A DNA stretch of 63,869 bases, counting the filler, from an uncultured bacterium (GTDB taxonomy: Bacteria > CAYJRR01), in NCBI GenBank assembly GCA_964372275.1. It is 6 parts of 5 records of this genome, joined end to end, with 100 filler letters (N's around TTAATTAATTAA, not from the genome) between each part and the next. Parts side by side here need not be neighbours in the genome. Positions count along the whole stretch, not along the records: positions 5,062 to 21,582 come from CAYJRR010000002.1; 5 more parts are not named here. The stretch is one strand, 5' to 3'. Position 1 is the stretch's first letter, and every line of letters begins with the position of its first letter. The position numbers and the translations under genes are program-made. The notes beneath the pieces were generated by a model. That model was given only the letters and a program-made list of their open reading frames with translations. It had not been told where the DNA came from and ran no database searches. Of this stretch, positions 8,106 to 16,906 are shown piece after piece.

Positions 8106-9872
8106 ATGCCGCCGAACGAGCCGATCGCACCTCCGACGACCGCGCCGCGCTCGGTCACATTGCGCCGGTTGCTGACGCTGGCCCGGCCGGAGTGGCGGCG
8201 GATCGCGGCGGCGACGGCGCTGTTGGCCGTTGCCGCGGGGGCGAACCTGGCGATTCCGGCGGCGCTCCGGTCGATCGTCGACGACGCACTCCTCCGCGCC
8301 GACCGGGCGACGATCGATCGCGTCGCCATCTCGCTCCTGGCGATCGTGCTCGTCTCGGCGCTCGCCGCGGCCGGGCGCTTCTATCTCTTCTCCACCACCG
8401 GCGAGCGCGTCGTCGCCCGCTTGCGGGAGCGCCTCTACCGCTCGTTGGTGCAGCAGGAGATCGGTTTCTTCGACCAGCAGCGTACCGGCGAGCTCACCAG
8501 CCGCCTCTCCGGCGACACCGCCGTCCTGCAGTCGAGCGTCTCGGCCGATCTCTCGATGCTGCTCCGCAATCTCGCAACGGCCGTCGGCGGCGTGGTGATG
8601 CTCTTCTACACCTCGCCCCGCCTGACGCTGCTGATGCTCTCGGTCGTTCCGCCGGTGGCGATCGGCGCGGTCGCCTACGGTCGGCGGGTGCGGAAGCTCT
8701 CCAAGGAGGTGCAGGACGCGCTCGCCCGGGTCGGCGAGGTTGCAGAGGAGTCGCTCTCCGGCATCCGCACCGTGCGCTCCTTCGCCGCGGAGGAGAAGGA
8801 GGCGGCTCGTTACGCCGACGGCGTCCGGCGATCGTATCGACTCGCGGCGCGTCGGGCGGCGATGTCGTCCGCGTTCCTCGCGACCGCCTTCTTCCTCGCC
8901 CTCGGCTCGGGGGTGCTCGTGCTGTGGTACGGCGTACGACTGCTGGCCGACGGATCGCTCACCGTGGGGAGCCTCCTCTCGTTCCTCCTCTACTCGATCT
9001 TCGTCGCCGGCTCGCTCGGCGCCCTGTCTGAGCTGTGGGCCGACTTCATGCGCGCGCTCGGCGCGGCGGAACGGGTCTTCGAGCTCGTCGACCGCGTTCC
9101 GTCGATCCCGCTCGCCGGCGGCCGCGTCCTGCCGGCGGTCGACGGCCGGCTCGCCTTCGACGAGGTCCGCTTCGCCTATCCGACGCGCGAGGACGTTCCG
9201 GTCCTCTCCGGGGTCTCGTTCGATCTCGCCCGAGGTGAGCGAGTGGCACTCGTCGGAAGCTCCGGCGCCGGCAAGTCGACGGTAGCCGCCCTCCTGGTGC
9301 GCCTCTACGACCCGATCTCCGGGACGATCCGCCTCGACGGTGTCGACCTGCGCGCTCTCGATCCTTCCTGGCTGCGCCGGCAGATCGGCGCCGTGGCGCA
9401 GGAGCCGATCCTCTTCTCCACCTCGATCTCGGAGAACATCCGCTACGGCCGCGCCGACGCGTCCGACGCCGAGGTCGAGGAGGCCGCGCGCGTCGCGAAC
9501 GCCGACGCCTTCATCCGCACCTTTCCCGACGGCTTCGCGACGCAGGTCGGGGAGCGCGGAGTGCAGCTCTCCGGCGGCCAGAAACAGCGCGTGGCGATCG
9601 CCCGCGCGGTCCTGAAGGATCCGCGCGTGCTGGTGCTCGACGAGGCGACCAGCGCCCTGGATGCGGAGAGCGAGCACCTGGTGAAGGAGGCGCTCGACCG
9701 CCTGATGCACGGCCGCACCTCGTTGATCATCGCCCACCGTCTCTCCACGGTGCGCGATGCCGACCGCGTGCTGGTGCTCGAGAACGGCCGCGTGGCGCAG
9801 ACCGGACCCCATGCGCGTCTGATCGAGGAGGACGGCCTCTATCGCCGCCTCGTCGAGCGGCAGTTCGTCTAG
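8106..9872 (+). CDS. ABC exporter, fused permease + ATPase (MsbA/ABCB10-like)
   Basis: About six TM segments; GSSGAGKST, LSGGQKQRVAIARA, LVLDEATSALD, IAHRLST. Confidence 0.95.
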   Translation: MPPNEPIAPPTTAPRSVTLRRLLTLARPEWRRIAAATALLAVAAGANLAIPAALRSIVDDALLRADRATIDRVAISLLAIVLVSALAAAGRFYLFSTTGERVVARLRERLYRSLVQQEIGFFDQQRTGELTSRLSGDTAVLQSSVSADLSMLLRNLATAVGGVVMLFYTSPRLTLLMLSVVPPVAIGAVAYGRRVRKLSKEVQDALARVGEVAEESLSGIRTVRSFAAEEKEAARYADGVRRSYRLAARRAAMSSAFLATAFFLALGSGVLVLWYGVRLLADGSLTVGSLLSFLLYSIFVAGSLGALSELWADFMRALGAAERVFELVDRVPSIPLAGGRVLPAVDGRLAFDEVRFAYPTREDVPVLSGVSFDLARGERVALVGSSGAGKSTVAALLVRLYDPISGTIRLDGVDLRALDPSWLRRQIGAVAQEPILFSTSISENIRYGRADASDAEVEEAARVANADAFIRTFPDGFATQVGERGVQLSGGQKQRVAIARAVLKDPRVLVLDEATSALDAESEHLVKEALDRLMHGRTSLIIAHRLSTVRDADRVLVLENGRVAQTGPHARLIEEDGLYRRLVERQFV

Positions 9873-9926
9873 ATCGAGTGCATCGGCAACTGGAGAACGA
9901 TTGCGAGCCATGGCATCGTTCGCGCG

Positions 9927-10904
9927 ATGACCGTCGCCGCTCGACAAAAGCGGGCGGAGCCGTCGCCGTCGCTTCGCCGCCGCATTCTCCGAAACATGGT
10001 CGAGAGCCGGTGCCTCGACGAGCGGCTCGTCCTGTTGTTGCGCCGCGGGGACGGGTACTTCTGGACGGGCGGCCCTGGCGAAGAAGCCTTCAACTCGACC
10101 CTCGGATCCTTCCTGAAAACGGGCCACGGTCCGGACCACGACTTCCTCCTGCCGCACTACCGCAGCTCCGCCGTCGCATTGATGGCAGGGCTGAAGTCGA
10201 TCGACTTCCTGCGGCAGATGACCGGACGCGCCACCGATCCCTTCAGCTACGGGCGAAACTTCGCCAACCACTTTTGCGATGCCACGCGGAATCTGGGCCC
10301 CGTTTCGTCGCCCGTTACTTCGCAGTTCTTGTTCGCGCTCGGAACCGCGCGGGCACAGAGGCGACGTCGTGGAATCACGGTGACGATCGGCGGCGAGGCC
10401 AGCACCCAGAGTGGTGACTTCGCGACTCTCCTCACCTGGGCGACGCGGCCGGGCGATCCGTTGCCGGTCTTGATCGTCGTCACCCACAACGGAATCGGGA
10501 TCTCCACCCGGTACCGGGACCAATGCGCCGTCTCGCCGACCGACCGGGCACGCGCCTTTGGCATCGCGGCCGAGCGCGTGGACGGTCTGTCCGTCGACGA
10601 CTCCTACGCCGTGCTCGACGAGGCATTCCGTCACGTGCGCGGCGATCGCCTGCCGTTCTTGGTCGAGGCCAAGGTCTCGCGGCTGTGGGGCCACTCCAGC
10701 TCCTCCGGGGCGACGCGGGACGTCTCCGAGGAGGACCCGCTCGACCGCGTGCGGGTTCCGAGTGCCTGGCGCAAGGCGATCGAGCGGCGGCTCCAGGAAG
10801 AGGGCCGGCAAGTCCTCGACGAGCCGCCGGTCTCGTCCGAGTCGGCCGAAGAGCACGTGTGGGGGGCGGAGGGGGCGTCGTGGCCACGCTTGCACAGGCG
10901 ATAA
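9927..10904 (+). CDS. TPP-dependent 2-oxoacid dehydrogenase E1 alpha-like subunit
   Basis: GGPGEEAF, LPHYRS, DPFSYGRNFANH, ThDP motif variant GGEAST...VTHN, RLWGHSSS. Confidence 0.85.
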   Translation: MTVAARQKRAEPSPSLRRRILRNMVESRCLDERLVLLLRRGDGYFWTGGPGEEAFNSTLGSFLKTGHGPDHDFLLPHYRSSAVALMAGLKSIDFLRQMTGRATDPFSYGRNFANHFCDATRNLGPVSSPVTSQFLFALGTARAQRRRRGITVTIGGEASTQSGDFATLLTWATRPGDPLPVLIVVTHNGIGISTRYRDQCAVSPTDRARAFGIAAERVDGLSVDDSYAVLDEAFRHVRGDRLPFLVEAKVSRLWGHSSSSGATRDVSEEDPLDRVRVPSAWRKAIERRLQEEGRQVLDEPPVSSESAEEHVWGAEGASWPRLHRR

Positions 10905-11899
10905 GGCTCGCGCTCCACCATGCCGAGACCGAACTCGGCGTGGCGGAGATATTGGGCCAGGACGTCGGCCCCCCTCTCGGTGGCGTCTTCACGTTGACCC
11001 AAGGGATAGACCGGGCGTGGAACAGCCCGCTCGACGAACGTGGCATCGTTGGAACCGCCGCCGGGCTCGCGATGATGGGAGTACGAAGCATCTGCGAGAT
11101 CCAGTTCGGCGACTACCTGCTGAACACGGTCGACCTGTTGCGGCTGATCGGGAACACCTGCTGGTCGACTCGTGGTCAGTTTCCGATGCCGATGGTCCTG
11201 CTCACCCCGGTGGGTGCCGGCATTCACGGCGGCATCTACCACTCCCATTCGGTCGAATCGCTCCTCTCGCGACTTTCCGGCTGGAAGGTCGTGATGCCGT
11301 CGACGTCCGCGGACGCCTTCGGCCTGCTCCTCAGTGCCGTCGAGGACGGAAACCCCGTCGCCTACCTCGTGCCCAAGGCGCTCCTCTACCGCTCCTGCGG
11401 ATCCCTTCCGTCCGAGCCATCCGACCTCTCGCGGCGGATCAATGCGCCGCCGGAGGGTCGGGAGCGCTGGCGCCCCGATTGGCCGCCGATCCCGCCGCAG
11501 CGAGTCCCGATCGGACCGGCCCGCCACGTTCGCGCCGGCGACTCGCTGACGATCGCCACATGGGGACGCATGGTGTCGGTTACCGAGTCGGCTCTCGAGG
11601 GAATCGAAGGCGTCGATCTGCTCGACCTGCGCACCCTGGTGCCGTTCGATCGCGGGGCGTTGCTCGACTCGGCACGGCGAACGCGCCGACTCTTGGTAAT
11701 CAACGAAGACTCGGAGCAGACGAACTTCGGGGAGCACCTGCTACGCGTCGCCATCGAGGCGTCGCCGGGAGTCCGGCTCCGCCTGATCGCCGCGCGCCAC
11801 CTTCCGGGGATCGGACTGGCGCAAGCGTTGGAGGATTACGTCGTTCCGACGGCGGACCGTATCCGGAGGGAGGTCGAAGCGATGTTGGCGTCCGGCTAG
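10880..11899 (+). CDS. 2-oxoacid dehydrogenase E1 beta-like subunit
   Basis: GTG 10880: ATLAQAIRLAL...GQDVGPPLGGVF, NSPLDERGIVG, CEIQFGDY, GGIYHSHS, DLRTLVPFD. Confidence 0.88.
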   Translation: MATLAQAIRLALHHAETELGVAEILGQDVGPPLGGVFTLTQGIDRAWNSPLDERGIVGTAAGLAMMGVRSICEIQFGDYLLNTVDLLRLIGNTCWSTRGQFPMPMVLLTPVGAGIHGGIYHSHSVESLLSRLSGWKVVMPSTSADAFGLLLSAVEDGNPVAYLVPKALLYRSCGSLPSEPSDLSRRINAPPEGRERWRPDWPPIPPQRVPIGPARHVRAGDSLTIATWGRMVSVTESALEGIEGVDLLDLRTLVPFDRGALLDSARRTRRLLVINEDSEQTNFGEHLLRVAIEASPGVRLRLIAARHLPGIGLAQALEDYVVPTADRIRREVEAMLASG

Positions 11900-11956
11900 G
11901 CTCGGCTGCCGGTTTCGACGGCCGGGCGGCACGGCAATGATTCGGGGTATCCGGGG

Positions 11957-12685
11957 TCACGCCGCCGCCGGCAGGCGCCGGCGCCAGACCTGCCATGCGC
12001 CGATCCCGGTGAGCGCGAGCGCGAACCACTGGTACGCGGTCAATCCCAGCAACGCACCGGCGATCGGTTCGCGTAGCGGCTCGGTCGCGAACCGGATGGC
12101 GCCGTAGAGCGCAAAGACGAGGAAGAGACGCCGGTCCGGGAAGCGATTGCGCCGGTGCAGCGCGTCCACCCATAGAAAGAGTGCGAACAGCGCCGCCGCC
12201 TCGACAAGTTGCACCGGGATGCGAGGCACGCCGTCGCCGAGGTCGACTCCCAACCACCGAGGGACCTCCCGACCGAAACAGCAGTGAGCTCCCCAGCAAC
12301 CGAGGCGCCCGATGGCCATCACCAGCGGGATTGCCCGGGCAAAGGCATCGCTGGTCGGTTCGCGGATTCCGGAGAGTCGCTTGAAAAGCGCGACGCCGAG
12401 GAAGCCGCCGGCGAGCGCGCCCAGGATCGACTTCGCGGAGGCGGGATGTCGAGCCACTCGCGCGGCGATCCAGCCACCGGCGAAGTAGGCGGGCACCAGT
12501 GAGCCGATTGCGCCGACAACCAGGGATGACGCCAGGACGCCGAGATGGCGGCGCTCGGACATCTTCCAGTGGCGCGAGTCGAACAGGACGATTGCCGCGC
12601 CACCGACGAGCGAGACGACCATCGCCCAGCGATAGGCCTTCGAACTTCCCGCGGCCAAGATTTCATCGTACGGTGCGCCTGACAT
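11957..12685 (-). CDS. Lgt (prolipoprotein diacylglyceryl transferase) family membrane protein, atypical
   Basis: KSILGALAGG, AIGRLGC...CCFG, RIPVQLVE, RFATEPLRE; multiple TM helices. Confidence 0.75.
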   Translation of the reverse strand: MSGAPYDEILAAGSSKAYRWAMVVSLVGGAAIVLFDSRHWKMSERRHLGVLASSLVVGAIGSLVPAYFAGGWIAARVARHPASAKSILGALAGGFLGVALFKRLSGIREPTSDAFARAIPLVMAIGRLGCWGAHCCFGREVPRWLGVDLGDGVPRIPVQLVEAAALFALFLWVDALHRRNRFPDRRLFLVFALYGAIRFATEPLREPIAGALLGLTAYQWFALALTGIGAWQVWRRRLPAAA

Positions 12686-12733
12686 TGTTGCGCGCTACGG
12701 GACCCGCCAGACGATTCGCTCGGCGGAGAAGCG

Positions 12734-13744
12734 ATGAAGACTACCGGGCCGATCAAGACGCCGGAAGCGGCAATCGAAAGCGAGGGTACGCGCACGTCGG
12801 CGGAGACGTCGTGGCCGACGGTCCTCCTCGCGGGGGCCTGCGTCGTGGGGTTCACCGCGTCGGCCGTCGCCTTTCACCGAGGGACGATCGGACTGGCTCC
12901 GGCGTTCGCCATCCACATCCTCGTCGCCTATCTCGCTTTCACGCCGATGCACGAGGCGGCGCACGGCAACATTGCACGCGGGAGGGGCGCCTGGGTCCGG
13001 CTGGAGGCGCTGGTCGGGTCAGCGTGCGCGGCGATCCTGTTCGCGCCCTTCGTCTCTTTCCGCAGCATTCACCTCCGTCACCATCGCCATACCAATCATC
13101 CGACGCTCGATCCCGATCGCTGGGTGGCTGGCAGCAATCCGCTCTCGATCGCGGCGCGTTGTCTCACGATCCTTCCCCGCTACTACGTCTGCTTCCTCCA
13201 GACCGACCGCGCGATGCGGTCGCCTCTCTGGCAGACGGGCGGGTGCATGGCCCTGTTCGCGGCGGCGCTGTTCGCCGCCGACCGCGCCGGGACTCTCGTG
13301 GCCGTGCTGGTGCTGTGGCCGGGATCTTCGCTCGCGGCTTGCGCGCTGCTCGGTTTCCTGTTCGATTGGCTTCCACACCAGCCGCATCGATGTACCGATC
13401 GGTTACGATCCACCCGCGTCGTGTTGGCGCCGATGTTGGGCGTGCTCACGGTGGGGCAGAGCTATCACCTGGTCCACCACTTGTGGCCTTCGATCCCGTT
13501 CTTCCGCTACCGCAGGACCTTCCGGCGTTCCCGGCGATTCCTGGAGGCGGCCGGATGTCGGATCGACGCGCTCGGCACGGGTTTGGGCTGGGGCGAGCGG
13601 AGCGTGAGTCCCGAGCCCGCGCCGGGAGAGCAGGTGAACCGACGACGGCTCGGCGCCGAGCCATACCCCGTCGGGGATGACGCGCCCTGGGGCGATGACG
13701 CTGCCGCCGAGACTCTTCGCACCCTCCCCGTAGACGGAGCCTAG
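12734..13744 (+). CDS. Membrane di-iron desaturase/hydroxylase (CrtR-like)
   Basis: His boxes HEAAH, HLRHH and YHLVHHLWPSIPF, plus DPD and FDWLPH. Confidence 0.85.
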   Translation: MKTTGPIKTPEAAIESEGTRTSAETSWPTVLLAGACVVGFTASAVAFHRGTIGLAPAFAIHILVAYLAFTPMHEAAHGNIARGRGAWVRLEALVGSACAAILFAPFVSFRSIHLRHHRHTNHPTLDPDRWVAGSNPLSIAARCLTILPRYYVCFLQTDRAMRSPLWQTGGCMALFAAALFAADRAGTLVAVLVLWPGSSLAACALLGFLFDWLPHQPHRCTDRLRSTRVVLAPMLGVLTVGQSYHLVHHLWPSIPFFRYRRTFRRSRRFLEAAGCRIDALGTGLGWGERSVSPEPAPGEQVNRRRLGAEPYPVGDDAPWGDDAAAETLRTLPVDGA

Positions 13745-14710
13745 GAACGGCCCGGCATAAGCGACGCGCCCATCGGGTGTTTCGACCTGGATCGGCCTCC
13801 GATCGGGCCGGTAGTCGGCCAGGATCGTGCCGAAGGCGCCACTGCCCCGACGAAAGTAGGAGAACTGATACGGCCCGTGGATCAGGAAGACGTCGGACTC
13901 GGCGACGGAGCGGTAGAGGACGAGATCGTGCATCAGCCAGCTACGCGAGCCGACGACGGCGAGCTCGACCTTCGCCCCGTCGAAGATCTGCGCCCGCTCG
14001 CCGACGGTCGAGTAGCGCACGACGCAGTAGGCGCCGATGCGCGCCCCGGGACCGACGGTTGAGCCTTCCACCACCGCCGTCGGATGGACGTCGGCGGTTC
14101 GGTGCACGTTCGACCAGGCGAGCCCCAGCTTCCGTGCGGCGCCGCGGCCCGGCGCGCCCGGTCGGAGCGCTTTGATCCAGGTCCACGGCGAACGCGCGAC
14201 GCGCGATTCGAGGTCGGCGAGGTGGGCGATCTGGTTCGCGAAGAGAGGGTCGAAGTCGTTGCGCATCGGGAGCAGCAGTGCCCGTGGCACCGCGACGCGG
14301 CAAGGGGCGGCGATTCCGCTCGGGAACGCCATCTCGTAGTGCCGCGCCGGCAGAGGAACGGAAAGGCGCTCCTCGCCACCGTCACCTCCGGCGCGCTCGG
14401 CGAACACCATGAGAGGGATCTCCTCACTCTCGAGGGCTTGCAGGGAGTAGTAGTCGCGCCAAGCGTCCGGATCGGGCTTGAGCCAAAACGACAGTCGCGA
14501 GGCCCGTCCCCGGTATCCGTCCACCGCTCGCGCGAGGAGTCGGAGCCCCGCCCGATCGAACAGGAGCGAGTCGGGGAGCTCGATCCGCCATCCCGAGGCG
14601 GCGCGGGCGTCACGAAGCGCCTCTTTCAAGTGCTCCGCCGCCGGTCGACCGAGGATCTCCCGCGCGCGGATCGCGGGGGACGCTCCCGGGTGGACGAAGC
14701 ATCCGTTCAT
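13403..14710 (-). CDS. Left-handed beta-helix (hexapeptide) acyl/acetyltransferase-like protein
   Basis: ATG 14710 overlaps the upstream stop (ATGA). Hexapeptide repeats VHRTADVHPTAVVEGSTVGPGARIGAYCVVRYSTVGERAQIF and GSVIAPGRVIPDG. Confidence 0.7.
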   Translation of the reverse strand: MNGCFVHPGASPAIRAREILGRPAAEHLKEALRDARAASGWRIELPDSLLFDRAGLRLLARAVDGYRGRASRLSFWLKPDPDAWRDYYSLQALESEEIPLMVFAERAGGDGGEERLSVPLPARHYEMAFPSGIAAPCRVAVPRALLLPMRNDFDPLFANQIAHLADLESRVARSPWTWIKALRPGAPGRGAARKLGLAWSNVHRTADVHPTAVVEGSTVGPGARIGAYCVVRYSTVGERAQIFDGAKVELAVVGSRSWLMHDLVLYRSVAESDVFLIHGPYQFSYFRRGSGAFGTILADYRPDRRPIQVETPDGRVAYAGPFLGSVYGEGAKSLGGSVIAPGRVIPDGVWLGAEPSSVHLLSRRGLGTHAPLAPAQTRAERVDPTSGRLQESPGTPEGPAVAEERDRRPQVVDQVIALPHREHAQHRRQHDAGGS

Positions 14711-15495
14711 TTCGCCCTCCACGCCGCGAACGCGGCGAGCAGGTGGGGGGCACCGGCCGACTGTGCGTTGGCGGACCGCGTGAGTTCGACACTCGGTGTC
14801 GCCGGGGAGTCGTGGTGCTCCTTGTGCAAGCCATTGTTCAGGAGGAAGTGGTTGTAGACGGCCGACGCGTACGACGTGGTGAACCCGGTGTCGTAGCGGG
14901 CCGGCGGATGCTGTCCGTAGTTCTGCAGGCCGATCAGCGCCCATCCTAGGTAGGTCATCGCCGCGTAGCCGGCAAACACCGGGACGGAGACGAGGGCAAG
15001 TGCGATCCACAACGCGGCGATCGCTGCCTGTTCGCGACGCAGGTATCGTGCCTCGTCGGATCGATTCTCGGCCGCCTCCCGTCGGAACCAGGCCACCGAC
15101 CGGGCCAATTGGCGCGGCCAGCCGAATGCGTAGCCGACCGGTTGCTGCGGGACCGGACCGTCCGGACCGACGGTCCACGTCGAGGTCGGGTCTTCCAACG
15201 AATTGACGTGGCGATGGTGTTTCCAGTGCTGCCACGCGTACCCGTGGAACGGAATCCCGAGCATCAAGGAGAACAGAAGCTCCTCGGCGGCGGAGGTGCC
15301 ACGGTGGAGCCTCTCGTGGGCCGAGACGTGGAGTGTGAAGCACATCGCGAGCGACGCCGCGACCAATGCCGTGACCGCCCGGCCCGGGGCGTCGTCGGCG
15401 GAAATTGCGAATGCGGCGAACAGGGCGGCCTGTGCAGCCGGCCAACACCAGATCCGCAGCCACGCGCCCGACCGCTCCCGCGTGACGCAGGCCAC
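14707..15495 (-). CDS. Fatty acid desaturase family protein
   Basis: His boxes HVSAHERLH, QHWKHHRH and NNGLHKEHH, plus QNYGQH; hydrophobic segments. Confidence 0.85.
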   Translation of the reverse strand: MACVTRERSGAWLRIWCWPAAQAALFAAFAISADDAPGRAVTALVAASLAMCFTLHVSAHERLHRGTSAAEELLFSLMLGIPFHGYAWQHWKHHRHVNSLEDPTSTWTVGPDGPVPQQPVGYAFGWPRQLARSVAWFRREAAENRSDEARYLRREQAAIAALWIALALVSVPVFAGYAAMTYLGWALIGLQNYGQHPPARYDTGFTTSYASAVYNHFLLNNGLHKEHHDSPATPSVELTRSANAQSAGAPHLLAAFAAWRAK

Positions 15496-15496
15496 G

Positions 15497-16906
15497 TCAG
15501 GCGCTCCGGTAGATGGGAAGCGGCGACCGGTCCGTCGAAGCGGTTCCGTCCTCGGTAGAGACGGTGGGGAAGTGCGCTCGGTCGAATACTTCGTGCAGGC
15601 GCATGTCGATGCCAGGCGAAACGATCAGCTCGATGCCGGTCTCCCCGGGGAACGACTTCGCGAGCAGGAATCGGTGGCCCTCGCCGGGCGCCAGCGTCAA
15701 GACGGTCCAGCGCGTGTCGTCGGACGGCACACGCCGATGCAGGACGGTACCGGTGTGCTCGACGCCGTTGCGCACCTGCACGTGCGCAGCGGAGACGTCG
15801 CCGCGCCAGCGGTGGGCGATTCGCTGGCCGGCAATCGATATCTCGGTCGTCGGCTTCGAGACCGGGAGTCCGACGTGCTTCACGTTGGCGTCCCGCCGGC
15901 AACGGAGGCACCGCCCCGCCGCGTCGAGTGCGAGCACCCGTGCGTTCAATCCGTAGCGGGAGACGAGCTCCTCGCCGCACCCGCGGCACCAGGTGCTGGT
16001 GACCGCCGGATCGTGCACGTTCCCGTTGTAGACGTGCTCGACCCCCATCGACATTGCGACTTCCCGTGCGCGACGCAGCCGCTCGATCGGCGTGCGCGCC
16101 CCGCCGGCCATCCGGAAATCGGGGTGATAGCGTACGAAGTGAAGCGGAACTTCCGGTCCAAGCCGGTCCAACACGAACGTTGCGATCCCACGAGCGGTTG
16201 CTTCGTCGTCGCTCACGTCGGTGACCATCAAGGTGCTGACTTCGAGGTGCTTTCCGGCGTCATAGACCTGGTGCGCCGCCTCCAGCACCGGAGCCAACCA
16301 ACCCTTGGTCAGGCGACGATAATGGTCCGGATCGACGGACTTGACCGAGATCGAGAAGATGTCGATCACCGGCAACAGCTCCTCGACCGCCTCCGGGGTG
16401 ATGAAGAAGGCCGACTTGTAGAGATTGAACATCCCCTCGCGACGTGCGAGCGCCGCGGTTTCCAGCACGAACTCGTGCCATACGACCGGGTCGTTGTAGG
16501 TCCAGGAAAGGCAGCGAATGCCGTGACGCTTGGCCGTCGCCACGATCCCTTCGGGGGTCTGCTCGACGATGTCGCGATCGGAGAGATGTTTGGCCTGCGA
16601 TGTCTTCCAGTTGTGGCAGTAGTCGCAGCTCAGCATGCATCCGATGTTTCCGAGCGAAAGGATCGGGATCCCGGGGGCGAAGTGGTTCACCGCTTCGGTC
16701 TCGATCAACTCCTCGGTGGGGTGGACCCCTTTGCCGAAATTGAACGTCACCAGGCGTCCGTCGCGATTGCCGCGTACGCCGCAGAACCCCTGCTTCCCGT
16801 CGGCAATCACGCAACGCCGTGGCGAAAGACCGCAGCGCACGGCGCCGCTGGGCAGCACTTCCTCCAGGCGTGCCGCACGGTAGCTGTCTGTCCAACGGGA
16901 AGTCAT
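15497..16906 (-). CDS. AmmeMemoRadiSam-type (AmrS-like) radical SAM enzyme with C-terminal extension
   Basis: ATG 16906. VRCGLSPRRC...GFCGVRGN, CMLSCDYCHNWKTSQ (CxxxCxxC), SWTYNDP, PLHFVRYHPDF, HVYNGNV, TWCRGC...GRCLRC, then about 120 extra residues. Confidence 0.85.
   Translation of the reverse strand: MTSRWTDSYRAARLEEVLPSGAVRCGLSPRRCVIADGKQGFCGVRGNRDGRLVTFNFGKGVHPTEELIETEAVNHFAPGIPILSLGNIGCMLSCDYCHNWKTSQAKHLSDRDIVEQTPEGIVATAKRHGIRCLSWTYNDPVVWHEFVLETAALARREGMFNLYKSAFFITPEAVEELLPVIDIFSISVKSVDPDHYRRLTKGWLAPVLEAAHQVYDAGKHLEVSTLMVTDVSDDEATARGIATFVLDRLGPEVPLHFVRYHPDFRMAGGARTPIERLRRAREVAMSMGVEHVYNGNVHDPAVTSTWCRGCGEELVSRYGLNARVLALDAAGRCLRCRRDANVKHVGLPVSKPTTEISIAGQRIAHRWRGDVSAAHVQVRNGVEHTGTVLHRRVPSDDTRWTVLTLAPGEGHRFLLAKSFPGETGIELIVSPGIDMRLHEVFDRAHFPTVSTEDGTASTDRSPLPIYRSA

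Noticed and set aside
8055-10895. 946-aa minus-strand ORF, and similar long ORFs such as 23973-26267, 29962-32634, 47799-50372 and 55935-58610
   Set aside because: Antisense or alternate-frame shadows of well-supported genes in high-GC DNA, with Arg/Pro/Gly-rich translations and no motifs.
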